Assembly (NCBI RefSeq): GCF_036321535.1
Contig: NC_087458.1
Location: 3,100,001 to 3,164,000, forward strand
DNA from: Camelus dromedarius
Taxonomy: Eukaryota
Length of the DNA stretch: 64,000 nt
Direction of reading: 5' to 3'
The notes under the pieces were generated by a model. The model was not told the origin of the DNA and made no database searches. It saw nothing but the letters and a program-made list of their open reading frames with translations. The translations under genes were made by a program, and so were the position numbers. This document shows, one piece after another, positions 26,455-38,748 of this stretch (positions within the stretch are counted from its first letter, which is position 1; each line of letters starts with the position of its first letter).

Positions 26455-27185
26455 CCTTCAAGACACTTCCCATGCTTTACTGAGCAGCTGTTATGTGCCC
26501 CATACTGGGCCAGGCCTTAAGCATGCAAAGAGGAATAGCCTTGAGCGTACAGCCTAGTGGGAGGAGACAAGTGTTAGGGGGCTATGGTGGGGAAGTATTT
26601 TATACAGAGGCAATGGGGGAAAGGGTCAGCCAGGAACGGGAGCATAAAGTGACACTTAACCTTTTTGAAAGATGGGGATTTGCCAGGTGGAAGGGGGCAA
26701 GGATCCCGGAAGGAAGCAGAGCCTGTTTCTTGGGGGAACTGCAAATAAGATATGACTAGAAAATAGGGCATAAGTCCCACCAGAATTGACAAGCAGGGGC
26801 ACGGACTGGTGGATTCTTACTACCCGGGGCTAAGTAGCTTATCTTATCCTGAGAGCAATGGGAAGCAAAATGAGCAAATTTGCGTTTTAGAAAGATCACT
26901 CTGGCAGCACTGGAGAGAATGAATTGGTGGGGGCAGGACTTTCAATAATATCTCAGGCAGAATATGAGGTGGGGGCAGGACTTTCAATAATATCTCAGGC
27001 AGAATATGAGGAAGGCTTGAACTAGGGTAATGGAGGCTGGAAGTAAAAGACAAGATAAAGACATGGATTTGAGAACATTTAAGGAGGCAGAGTCTGCTGC
27101 ACTTGGTTGCCATTTGAGTGAGAAGAAAGGGGAGGTGTCAGAAATGTTTCCTGGGTGTCTGGCTGGGAGACAGCTGTTAATTCAC
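26455..27185 (-). mobile_element. L2 LINE fragment between POLR3C and NUDT17
   Basis: Antisense L2 motifs (tttactgagcagctgttatgtgcc, tatcctgagagcaatgggaagc, agatcactctggcagca). Boundaries approximate. Confidence 0.65.
26926..27009 (+). repeat. Perfect 42-bp tandem duplication
   Basis: ggtgggggcaggactttcaataatatctcaggcagaatatga occurs twice with no mismatches. Confidence 0.95.
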
Positions 27186-27419
27186 GAATTGGAGGTGTCA
27201 CCTTCTATAGCAAGATAGGTACGCAGAGGGCTGTGGAGGGGCGCTTATACCCCCGCGCGTGGCTAGGGGGTGTTGACCTGCGAGTCCAGAAATCCCTGTC
27301 TGGGGATCATTTCCCTACACAGAGATGGGAGAAAAACAGGGGCTGAGGTTTTAGAGGTGCTCCCCTTTGTCATTTATTTATTACCCGCATGGATAGCCCC
27401 CAAGTGTCACACCTAAATT

Positions 27420-27860
27420 TCTCCGGAGACGTCCCGGAAGCCGGGCTTCCCGCCGGCCCCGCGGAGCGCCGGGAGGGGAAGCGCGGCCGGGCCGGCAGAG
27501 GGCGCCGCGCGGGCCGCAGCGCCCCGTCCCCTGCCCCCGGGGGCGCGCTATGGCCGCGGCGCGGGTGCTGCTGCTCCGCTCCGGGCGCCCCGAGCCCGTG
27601 AGCTTCTCGCAGAGCGTGTGTGGCCTCCTGGGCGCTGGGCCGGGGGCCACGCACTGCGGCCTGAAGCGGGGACAGCTCGTCCTCTCGGACAGGCCGTTCC
27701 CAGGCGCGTCGGCCAGGCTTCCGCTCCAGGTCGGGAGAAGGGGCTTCGCAGCGGGCAGTGAAGGGCCGAAGGGCGCGACTGGGATCGGGAGGGAGGCGGG
27801 GGCCTGCGGGCCGAGCCTATCGCCCAGGCTCGGCCTCCTCCCCCATCCCCCCGTCGTGCG
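27420..27860. promoter_or_regulatory. CpG island, NUDT17 promoter/exon 1
   Basis: Dense CpG and GC boxes around the NUDT17 ATG. Boundaries approximate. Confidence 0.75.
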
Positions 27861-30069
27861 GTGCTCCCCAGTTTTTGAAAGCCCCGCCCGGCTTCTGAAG
27901 CGATAACCCAAGTGGTTCCCTCCCACCAGCGACCCCCTTTCTGCCCTTTTGCGGCCCTGGACCAGCAGCCCGGGGCTCCTGGGGACGAGCTGCCCACGAA
28001 TCGAGGTGTGGATCTGGGTGTGGCAGTCATTCTGCAGTCCAGCGATCAGACCGTCTTGTTGACCCGAAGGACACGCACCCTCAACGTTTCACCCAACCTC
28101 TGGGTACCCCCAGGTGAGCGCCCTGAGGACAAGGCCCTGTCCAGGAAAGAAATTTCCCCTTCACCCAACAGTGCTATCCCCAGTCTGAGAATGACAGAGA
28201 AGTAGGCCCAGAAATGTGTTAGGTCCCAAAATCACAAGGGGCTGCAACAGCGTCTGTGCCCCCTGGAGGAGGGGGCGGTGTAAATAGTGCATGGAGTCCC
28301 TGGCCAAGGACACCATCATTCACCTACTGGCCCCACTGTTGTTGCAGGTGGGCATGTGGAACTTGATGAAGAGGTAACCGATCACCTTACCCAGCCTGCA
28401 CCCTGCCCTGAAGGAGGGACTGTGTCTGGGATCACCTTGGGTGGGGGCCAGGGGAAGGGCAAACACAGGACTTGGAGGAGTCAGGTGCTGGCCTCTCTGA
28501 CCTCCTGCCCTCTCTCTCCCAGCTGTTGGACGGAGGGCTTCGAGAGCTTTGGGAGGAGAGTGGACTACAGCTGCCCCGGGGCCAGTTCTCTTGGGTCCCT
28601 CTGGGGCTATGGGAGGTGAGACAAGGACCTGGGAGAGGTTCCTTCCTACTTAAACAAGAACCCTCGACAACTTCTAACCCACCGAAGCCCACAGAACTGG
28701 CCTAGTTGCTTTGACCACAGGGGAAATGATGGTGTGTGGGTGTCTGAAGTCCCCAATCCCACAGCCCTTACCCGTGTCCCTCTTGCATTGTTTCTACTCC
28801 CACTTCCTTGGCTGCATTTACAAAGTCTCAAGGGACAGAAAGTTCTTACTTTCGCCATTTTCTTCTCTCTTAGTCTGCCTACCCTCCTAGGCTGAGCTGG
28901 GGTCTCCCCAGATACCATCACATCATTCTCTATCTACTTGTCATCTCCCAGGAGTCACAGCAGCAGCTGCAGGTAGGGCGGGCAGTAGAGGAAGGAAATG
29001 GGGCTTAGGAGACCCAAGCAGACTGGTTCTCACTACGGCTAGGGTGGGGGAGGGGAAGGCCAGAGATGAGCAAGAAATCCAATAGCCTCTCCCCTGCCCC
29101 TGCCCCAAGTCTGTCCACTCCACCCGTGGGTAGGCTGCGATCAGAAACAGGTCTCCTGAGAAAGCCCGTGACTAAGGGATCAACATGTCTGGCCCCAGGC
29201 CCGGATCCAACCAAACCCAGGAGAGGTGAGCGCCTTTATGTGGCTGGGACCAGATGTAGCAGCTGCAGTGGCTACCACAGAGGATGGGGCAGAGACACCC
29301 AGACATCTTCCCCAGGACCTACCACCCTCTGTCCCGTAAGTAGGAGCTTCTCCCTAACCCTCCAACACACCAACACATACACATTGAGAAGTTCAGCTTC
29401 TGTCTCCTCCTCAGGAGAGAATTTTGTGTTGTGGGGGAGATTTAGGGAGTTGGTTAACTGACAGTGAAGAGAGAACATGAGATCAAAGATACTTCCCATC
29501 ATACTCCAAGGGTTCCTGCTCCAACTAGCCAGCACCGAAGACCTGGGCTTCAGTCCCACTCTCTCACAGGGGCAAGTCATTTAACCCTCCTCTCTGTAAA
29601 AGGGCATTAACACCCACCCACTCCTCCTCCCTTTGGTGGTTGGGAGGATCAGATGAAGTGGGTGAAGCCACAAGGCACAGCACAGACAGGAGCTGTCATT
29701 CCGCAGTGCGGTGGAACTAGGAGAGGATGGAGGAGCTCGACCTCTGGCCTTGCCCACGTCCACACTGCTGCGGACCACCCCAGCCGCGGCCGACAGCCAA
29801 GAGAGGGTCAGCACAGGGACCAAGTTTGCCCTCAGGCTCTGGCTGCAACACCTGGGCAGGTAAGGATGAGGCCCTAAGGACTCCACAGTGTTGGGCAGAA
29901 TGGTCTGGTGTTTTTATGGGCATGGGGGAGAGGAAGGAAGAAGGAACAACTGCTCTTGAAAATCCTCAGTGTGACACCCCTATCACGTGGAAGTGGAGCT
30001 CACTCGGACCCAGGGCCAGCAAAGGAAGAACAGAATGTGGACCCTCTCCCTGCCAGACCAGGAATCTGA
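27550..30069 (+). CDS. NUDT17: Nudix hydrolase 17, 323 aa (291 aa if intron 7 is read through)
   Basis: Exons: 27550-27729, 27930-28113, 28348-28373, 28523-28615, 28874-28972, 29199-29335, 29707-29859, 29970-30069 (TGA). Intact Nudix box [23 protein letters not shown] (GX5EX7REUXEEXGU) spans exons 3-4. Confidence 0.95.
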
Positions 30070-30118
30070 TTAACCCCCTCCCCAGCCCACCTCCGTGACA
30101 CTCTGAACATTCATAACC

Positions 30119-30124
30119 TTTATT
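30119..30124 (-). terminator. PIAS3: PIAS3 polyadenylation signal AATAAA
   Basis: TTTATT on + strand, about 890 nt after the PIAS3 stop codon. Confidence 0.7.
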
Positions 30125-31009
30125 ATGGGTGAGAACTTTGTTACAACTGTGGGAATACAACATAGGTCCTAGGCCCTAGAGGAGCCTTAAAAAGGAGATG
30201 GGGGAGAGCGTGGGTGCTCCCACCTCCCAGGAAAGGTGCAGAATGATCCAGACCTGACCACAGGCCCGTGGGCCTTTAGAAGCTCAGGCCTCAGGCTGGT
30301 CAGCGTGAGAAACATTGTGAACTTAAATATATAAATAGAGACCCAGGCAATTGGCCAGGCCCTTCTCCCAAACCCCTGGGGATCAGGGCTAAGGCCTTAT
30401 CCCCTTCTCAGTCATTACTGGGAAGTAGGAGGCAGGGAAAGTCATCTTTGGAGTATTTTGTTTTTTCTTGTTTATGCACAAAAAACCTGCAACCCAAAAT
30501 AGAGTTCTCTGTCCATGTGTCTGCCCGTCTCAGTTACTCCACCTGTCTGTTTGGCCAAAGAGAACGGAATGGACATGAAGAGACAATGGACATGGGGAAG
30601 GAACAGAGCCGGCTCTGGGGAATGGGAAGAGAGGGCACCTAGGGGACCCGAGAAGGGCCCCTTCCCCACGAGGCTCTACACAGTTAAGGCTGAGGATTCA
30701 GCCCTTTCCCCAACTCACATCCCACCCCATTTGCCTGCTACTGCCTAGGTTAACATACCCAAAGGAATGTGCGGCCCTCAAAGAATACGTCCAAAAACAG
30801 ACACCCCGAATGTCCTTCAAAAGAGGTTAAATATTAACCCTTTGGGTGCTGGACTTGTCAGGCAGCGATAAGGCCAAAAACAGGTGTCCATGAAGGTCTC
30901 TCTGGCCTTTGACCAAAGCCCCCAAGGGGTCAGGGTGGCCAGGGGTTCAGACTCCACAGCATACTTGCTCAGCTGTCAGGAGGCAGTGAAGGTTCCCAAA
31001 GCCAGGAAC

Positions 31010-34000
31010 TCAGTCCAGGGAAATGATGTCTGACCGACAGCCGGTCAAAGAAGGACCTGAGGGCAGGGGTCCTCCATGCCCCTCCCTTAAGGTCCCCCCA
31101 GGGGCCACAATGCTACTGACGCGGCCAGGAGGGGGTGCTGGAGTGGTGCTACGGTGAGAGCTCCCCAACGTGGGGGCTAGCGGGCCCAGAAAGTGGGAAG
31201 GGGTCCCTCGGTACTGGAAGAAGTGGCCAAGGGCATCCTGTTCGTCTAGTGAGGTGATGACGGAGGGACCGTAGTGCTGGGAGGAATCAAGAGCATGGTT
31301 TAAGAGATTATCTGGGCTGTCCCCGCCTCCCAGTCCCTCGTCTCAGAAATATCATATGGGATGAATCAACCCCTTGGGATCCCAAGGTATTCTCTGAGAA
31401 GCGGGAGCGCCTCTCCCTGACTCTTTCCCCACTTCCCCGCACCCCACCCCTATTCCCTGGCTTCCCAGCCCCACCAGCCTGCTAGGTTCTTGGCCCTGTG
31501 GGCGTGTGAAATGTGTGGAATGTCCGGCTGGGGCAGTCGTGGTGCTCAAGTGCATATGGGTTTGGGGGGTGAGCAGACAGGAGCAGAACTGCGCCAAGAA
31601 CTCTGGAGACAGAACAGTAAGTAATAGAGGACAGAGGAAGACACGGGTGAGAATCCGAGGAAGTCCCAGTGGGGCCTAGGAGGGAAATAAACTGCCTGTA
31701 CTGCCCCCTCTCCTCCACAGAGAGGCAGATTTAGGTCCCCTGGGGAAAATGGGGGGGGGGCCCTCAGTGCCTAGAAAGGAAGTTTCAGAGATCTGAGATG
31801 TTCATGGGAGGAGAAGGGGCTACTTACCTGACTCTCAGGCTGAAGGAAAGAAAATAAATCTAAACCTGGTAAGAAAAGAAAAATTAAAATTAACTTCCTA
31901 TCTGGCCCCTTCACCACCAAAAACAAACAAACAAAACACTCAAGTTCCTTGGACTGTGGCCCTTTGCAAGATGGCCAGAAAGCTCTGAAAAGGATCAAGG
32001 GCTCTGAGCCGGTTCTGGGGAGGCTGTGGCGGTGCAGGGCCCCACCCTGTGATCAGCGTCATACCTTGGATATCAGCCCCCAGTGGGAAGGCAGGTGGGT
32101 ACTCGTGTAGCGGGAGACCAGAAAGGAAATCGCCGCCCATCGTGCCCACAGCAGGGCTCCGCAGCACCGAGGATGGCTGGTGACCAGACGTCAGGACTCT
32201 GTGAGGAGAGAAGGAAACACAGATGCCCTCACGCAGCTCCGCCTCCCAAGTCCCCTCTGTGCCCCAGGGTTTGTTTGCCCAGTGATCAGAAAGCACCCCC
32301 GACATCTTCCCTGCCCCTTCTGCTGTAGATTCAGCCTATTTCCTCGTACCCTTTGCTTCCAGGTAGAGCTGGGATAGCAGCTGAGGTGACAGGACAGTGC
32401 TTTTTGGTCGGGGGCAGGTCCTCCTCATCTGATGAGCTTTCTATTGTCAAGTCAATCACTTCAACCCTCTTCTTATTCTCTGATGGATTGCCCTCTTGGA
32501 CTGGGCTATACTGGACAGCTGTGGGTAGTAAGAAGACTATGTCTCAGAGAAGAGGCCACCCCAGACTCAGCTCAACTGGGAGACAGGGGGTCACTCACCA
32601 TCCAGCCCATACCCTGGCGGGGGGCAAACCTCAGATGCCTCCTTCTTGGGTTTCATTGGGCACCAGGATCCGTCTTCCATGAACTGGATCTCATCACAAT
32701 CCGAGCAGGAATTAAGAATCTCCATGAATAAACTGGGGGAAAGGAGAGATGGGAACTCATGTGGCCGGGAGATGGCTAGAACAGCAGCCAGGGAGCTCTG
32801 GGACTCACCTTCCTGAACCTCAGCTTCCTCATCTGTAAATCAGGGATAGTATCCACCCTAATGACCTCTCTGAGTTGTTGTTGGAATCAAATAAAGTAAG
32901 GTATGTAAAAGAGCTTCGAAAACTTTGAGTGCTAAGTTTTAAAATAAATACATTCTAAGCACCTGTTCCGTGTAGTACTAAGGACAAGACAGAAGGAGTG
33001 GGGATACAGAACTCTGTAAACCACCTCAAAAAGGCACTGGGAATACGAATCATAATGTAGGCTCTGGAGGCGGATTAGGAACAGCAAGACAGCACATCCA
33101 GGTCCTCAAAGAACTAGATTGCTGCGTTCAGTGAGAGGTCAGGTGGTTGTTACAGGAGATACATTGGATACATTGGCTCTGCCACTTACTAACAATATAA
33201 CTTTGAGCAAGATACTCAATCTCAAAAAAAAAAGAAAGAAAGAAAAGATACTTAAGTCTCTCCAGGCCTTAGTTTTCTCACCAATAATGCCAGTACCCGT
33301 CTCACAGGGTTATCAGCATCTCACAGGATTCAGTGAGATAAGATATGCAAAGTGCTCAGCAGGGTTCCTGGTATGAGTAGTCCTCAGTGTTGGAGACACA
33401 TACATATAATAAAGGGGACAGATTTTATATACATATATACATTATATTTATATAAAGGAGACAAATAGGTTAAGAGCTGGGGTTCATGGGAGAAGAAATA
33501 AGCTATATATAAACGTATATAGCCATAGAGAGAGAGAGACAGTCCTAGTGGACTGTCCGAGGCAAAAGGNNNNNNNNNNNNNNNNNNNNNNNNNNNNNNN
33601 NNNNNNNNNNNNNNNNNNNNNNNNNNNNNNNNNNNNNNNNNNNNNNNNNNNNNNNNNNNNNNNNNNNNNNNNNNNNNNNNNNNNNNNNNNNNNNNNNNNN
33701 NNNNNNNNNNNNNNNNNNNNNNNNNNNNNNNNNNNNNNNNNNNNNNNNNCCTAGCTGAGGAGAGATGAGTTCAGAGGTCAGAGTCCCCACGTCCCAGGGA
33801 GCCTCACTCTAACAGCCTGAGGAACCCACATCTGAGTCCTGAGGCTTAACCCAACCCTCCACCCCTTCTCTTCTCCCTTGTACCCACCGGGCACATGAGT
33901 GACACCCGGAGACTTGTGGTGGCCACCTCACTGTCCGGATCAGCAGTCAGTTTCTCCTTGACTGAAACAAGAGTAGGGCCAGAGCCATGGGGTCAGCAAG

Positions 34001-37000
34001 GCTGGAGAGAAGCCCAAGGGTGGGAAGAAACAGATGACTCTGGCTGAGAGACAAGTGGGAAGAAACCCTTTGGGAGCCAATGGGATGTCACGTGGGGGTA
34101 GTCTGTGATCTGGATTATGAAGGCTAGGTGGGAGGAAGGGATTCCCTTCAACCCCCCAACCAAGCCCCCGAAGATGCTTAAATACAGCTAGGTGACGCTT
34201 TGGTAGAGATGACCTAGAGGGAACTCAAACATCCCAAGAGGGTTAGATTAGATGATACTTAAGACTCTTTCTAGTCTGAAGAACCCATGTTCCAGCCGGG
34301 GCTGGAGTTAGGGTCTGTGAGGTGCAAAGCCAATGTGTAACTGGGAATGCAGGGGTGTCACTCAGTGCCTGGGAATGGTCTGACTCTTCAACCACAGAGA
34401 TAAGTAAGGGACACAGGGGGAGGGTTGGGGTTCATGTGAGAGGTGAGGCAGGTGTCACAAGACGGGTGTGAGTTTAATTATGAAGGCTGGAGGGCTAGGA
34501 AGAATTGGCTCCAGGGCAGAGAGGAGAAGAGGGACAGGCTGCTACTCACTCAGTGCCCGGGAGTGGTCTGGGTTCCGGATGCCCTTGGCTCTGAGTTTTT
34601 GTAGAAGGGTCCCTGCAGTCAACTGCCTCACCAGGTACACAGACAAGGAGTAATTCTACTTGGAGGTGGGGAGAGACAATTAGCCTCCACTTTGCACACC
34701 ACCACCACCCCACCAACACCCCCTCCTTTGTCACAAGAGGGCCAGAGACAGCAAGCTAAGGCAGAGAGACCCATAAAGAGAAAGGTATTTCTGCAGCCCA
34801 AGACACTGGGTGACTCCCTCTCACCCCCTGCAGGCTTTCCCAGGCTCCCTGCCTCCGCCACGCTCACCCTTCCGAACTCAGACGACCAGTTGACCACGAT
34901 GGTGTTGGGAACAGTGGCCGAGAGTCGAGCCAAGGGCGTGATGTTGATGGGGCGGCTGGGCCTCTTGGGCTCAGCCCCATTCTTGGTAGGGGGAAGATAG
35001 CCCTGGAGAAGGGAGGGCCTGGTCAAGACATCCTGCCTTAGGCTCCTTGCTCCCTGGGGAAGTCAGCTCACCCACTGACCAAGGAGATGGGGGCCCATTC
35101 AGTGACTCACAAAGCTGGGGCACTACCTAGGGTTCGATCCTGGGGGAAAAGGAGAGAGTTTATTCACTGGCCAAAGAAATAGGAAGCTGCTCACTGAGTT
35201 CTTGAGGAGCATGGGTAAGAGTAAGGAGACCCCACTTCTTCCAACTCTCAGCTCTGGGCGCATCACTTCTGAGAATCTTCCCTCAACCTCTGGGTTAAAC
35301 TAATGTCCCTCCTCTGGATTCAAACAGAACACTCGTCCAGCCCTGTCTTAGGACTCACTAGATTATACTGATTCAGTCAGTAAACTGAGCACCTACTATG
35401 TCCCAGGCACTGTGCCAGGCATGTCTCTTTCATAATAGGTTTGTAATTAACATCTAGGAACTGAAACAGGGAAGGGGTTACTGCCAGAAGAAGGGAAGAG
35501 CACTTACTGGCAAAGGGCACAGTTTCCCATTGACCTTGACAAAGAGGTTGGGGGGGAAATAATCCTCCTGGGGACAGCTGGTCTCACAGAGACAGAACCT
35601 GGTAAGAGATGAGAGAAGATGAAAGGGTGGGAGGCAGTTTCTTGCACTGAATCTCAGAGAGAGGCAGGGAACCTCAGAAAATCAGTGATGGATATCTGTA
35701 GCCTTCAGTTTCCAGATAAGAGTCCCAGGGCTGGGGTGGGTGTGGAAGAGTAGGGATATCTCCTAGTAGGACCTATCATACCCTTATTTCATTCCCACCC
35801 TCCATGGGAGCCCAGCAGAGAGGAAGGATCAACTCACCTTAGCTGCACCTGTATGGTATAATCGCATTTGGCTCCTGGCAGAACCTCTCTGGAACAGGGA
35901 GAGAAGAGGAGATGTCAGTATGTGTTCCCCGGAGGGGAGGGATGAACAGACAGAGACACCAGGGACAGAGAAGAGGCATACGAGAGAATCAGAGGCAAAG
36001 CAGGGGCAGGAAGATGGAGAGGAAGGAGCAGGGCAGAAGAGAAGACTGTCAGAGAGCGGAGTCTAAGAGTCTAAGGGTAACTACCAAAGGAGGAAGCAGG
36101 AGGACTGAAAGAGATGTACCTGGATGTAAGAATCTGCTGCACTTGCTGGGGGGTGAGGGCAAAGGTGAAGTGAGCTTCCTCAAACCGCTGGCTAGAAGTG
36201 GATGCTGAGAACACAAAGGAGCAGTTATTCCCAAGCCCATGCACAGGCAGCCACAGAAGTTGCCCTTATCCTAGGTTGCTGAGCCCACAGGACTAAAGCC
36301 TAAGAAAGGCCTGTGGAAGAGGCATGGGATCCAGGAAGACTGAGGGATCACAAACAGCCATACCGAGGGTGGTGGGCCGGATCAGCTCCCCGTAGATTTC
36401 ATAGAAGGGCAACGGTTTCATGGTTACATCAGGGTGCACAGGCTGGGGCAGAGAGGGGTGCATGTCCACTTCACGCTTGGGGCCCAGTAGGGTGCCAGGG
36501 GCCAAGAGGGCCGGGGGGATGGGAGCTAAAGGGCCAGGGGAGCCTACAGGAGGGGTGCCAGGGGGCAGAGAGAGCAGGGAAAGATCAGAGGGCCCCAGGG
36601 TCTTCCGGGGAAAGCGTCGCCGGTAAAGCTCTTTGATCTTCATCTGGACGCTGGGGGCACAGCTGGACTTGAGGAGGTGCAGGGCCTTGGCCAAGAGCTC
36701 GTGCTTCCGTCCACTCTTGTTCCGGCCAGCAAAGCCGAGGAGCACCTGGAGCTCAGACACCCGGAAACTCATCACCATGTGCTGTGGAGACCAGAGAAGC
36801 TTGAGAACCCTACCTTGCACAGGCCCGTCCTGCCAAGGACACTGGGCTGAGCTGCTAGGTGGGCAGTGCCTCCATCCATCCAGCACTAATCAGAGAGGTG
36901 CTTTGCAGCCAGTGGATGACTGCAAATATGACCAAAAGGACCTCTATGTCCCATTTTAGCAACCCTCAGGGCAGCCTCACCATTACCCCCAGAGCCTGAG

Positions 37001-38748
37001 CAACGCCATCTCCCCCAGCCTGGAAGTCGACCAGGTGAGGACAGGGTGCAGACAGCAGGCCATCCTAAAGCACACCTCTGAGTCCACTTCCGCAGCCCAC
37101 CTCCATTCCTGCCTTGAGCCTGGACTCTCCGTTAAGCTGCTTATCTCCTCTCCTGCCCTTTCTCAGAATCTCAGACCCATCCCAGCCTCTTGGGAAGAGG
37201 ACAGGAGACAGGGAGAAGGAGGGGGAGAAGAGGATTCAGGCCAGACAGCTCAACAGGGGAGAAAGGGGCCAGGTTGCTGGAGGATTGTGCCACACAGCCC
37301 ACCCCTCCCAACACCTCAATCCACCTCAGCTCTTTTCCCCAAGCCTCTGAAGCTTTTGTAACCAGGGTTTTCAGGTCAGGGTTCAATGCTCAGAACGCCC
37401 CCAAATCCTTTCTCACTGTCATTAACATAACTACCCTTCCCTCAGTCCTATTTTTCTGGGAGGGAGACAGGACCAAAACTTGGAGTGAGGGTGTTCACAG
37501 CAAAATGGGGCATCTAGGTATCTACCCTTCCTGTCTACCTGTTTACTCCACCTGCCAGGAACCAATATCCTGCTTCTCTTCTGCACAGAGAGAAGTGATC
37601 CTCCCCCTCCGCCAGAGGGGTGGGAGAAGAAAGGGCAAAGCTCTCAAAAGAGGCCCTGGAGAATGAGGAGCAGGCATGGGGCCCCTAAGCCAAGGTGCAG
37701 AATCTCACACTGGGCCCAGTGACTAGACCTCAAGCCTGCTCAAGGCTGTGGCTCCATTTCAAAGGGCAGCATAAAGCCAAGAAGCAGGGAAATGAACCCA
37801 GTGCTTCTTAAAGGTTCTGTCATGTTGTCCTTGGATAGTTATTCTCAAGACTCTGTGTGGTCGTGGCAAGCTCTCTCTTTAAAGGATTCCCTTCTGCGAG
37901 TCTCTAGGAGGCCCGGCCACGGGCAGGCCTTGCTAGCCCTCCACGGCTCTTCCCCTCCGGGGGTGTTATGGCTTTGGGCTCCTCCTGAGGAATGTGATTA
38001 AAAACTTGCTCCTCTGCCTCTCTCCCCATCGTTATCTCCTCTGTTCTGTCTTTATTTCTCCATTAGTTTTGTCAAGAACTTCTCCCTTTCTATCCCGTAG
38101 TTTCACACTCCTCTGTCTCTGCCCAAAGATCCCGACTCACTAAGGCAGGACCTCCCTCTCAGCCTCCAGGATGCTTCTGCCCCACCCCTCGATCTATCCG
38201 CCCGCACAGCCCCGCCCCCTAGATCTCAGCCGCCTACTGGTACTTCCCAAGGCTCAGATCCCAACAGCAGCCCCAAAGCCTCTATCCTCTCAGCACATTT
38301 CCCCCTGGAGCCTTCCGTACCTCTGCCCCACAGTCCCATCCCAACATCTGCCCCCTACTGTCGAATCTCTGGGCCTTGATCGACTCGCGCCCAGTGCCTC
38401 TGAAGCAGCTTTTCCTCCTGACCCTACCCCTGCATCTGCCCCTACCACCAAATCCAACTTCTACCCCGCGTCCCCGCCCCCTGCGCCTCGGCCCCCAACA
38501 GCTGCAATTCCCTCGGCCCCACCCCTGCATCTGCCCCGCGACCCCGCCCCCGGAGTCCCGCCGCAGCCCCTACCTCGCCCACAGCCACTTCTCCCATCCC
38601 CAGCAGCGAGTCCCCGCCACGTCTCCAGCCCCCACCAAGCCCTCGGCACCCCGTCTCGGTCGCTTCCCTGACTCGGCGCTCTGCCGGGCTCAGTGCAGAT
38701 GGGGATGGGGGAGGGGGCCGGTACCTTTAATTCGCCCAGCTCCGCCAT
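31010..38748 (-). CDS. PIAS3: E3 SUMO ligase PIAS3, 628 aa
   Basis: Exons in transcript order: 38748-38725, 36781-36364, 36204-36120, 35888-35838, 35598-35508, 35002-34868, 34655-34550, 33961-33888, [33754-~33594 mostly in N gap], 32732-32599, 32518-32350, 32198-32065, 31865-31828, 31276-31010 (TGA). Shows the SAP domain with LQVLL, the PINIT motif, the SIM VEVIDLTIESSSDEE and C-terminal RSDIISLD*. Confidence 0.97.
32800..32935 (+). mobile_element. MIR SINE
   Basis: MIR core ctcagcttcctcatctgtaaatcagggatagta. Confidence 0.65.
33130..33390 (+). mobile_element. MIR SINE interrupted by an A-rich tract
   Basis: ggctctgccacttact...gagcaagatactcaatctc[A-rich]...gtgagataagatatgcaaagtgctcagc. Confidence 0.65.

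Noticed and set aside
32519-32598. 80-nt PIAS3 intron 10 as a possible mirtron (human MIR6736 is in a PIAS3 intron, from memory)
   Set aside because: By hand I find only about 9 bp of pairing, too little for a pre-miRNA hairpin. RNAfold and small-RNA reads would be needed.
35131-35141. Isolated Pol III B-box-like GGTTCGATCC
   Set aside because: No A box, cloverleaf or SINE body, so not a tRNA gene. I recognised no tRNA, rRNA or CRISPR feature anywhere in the window.
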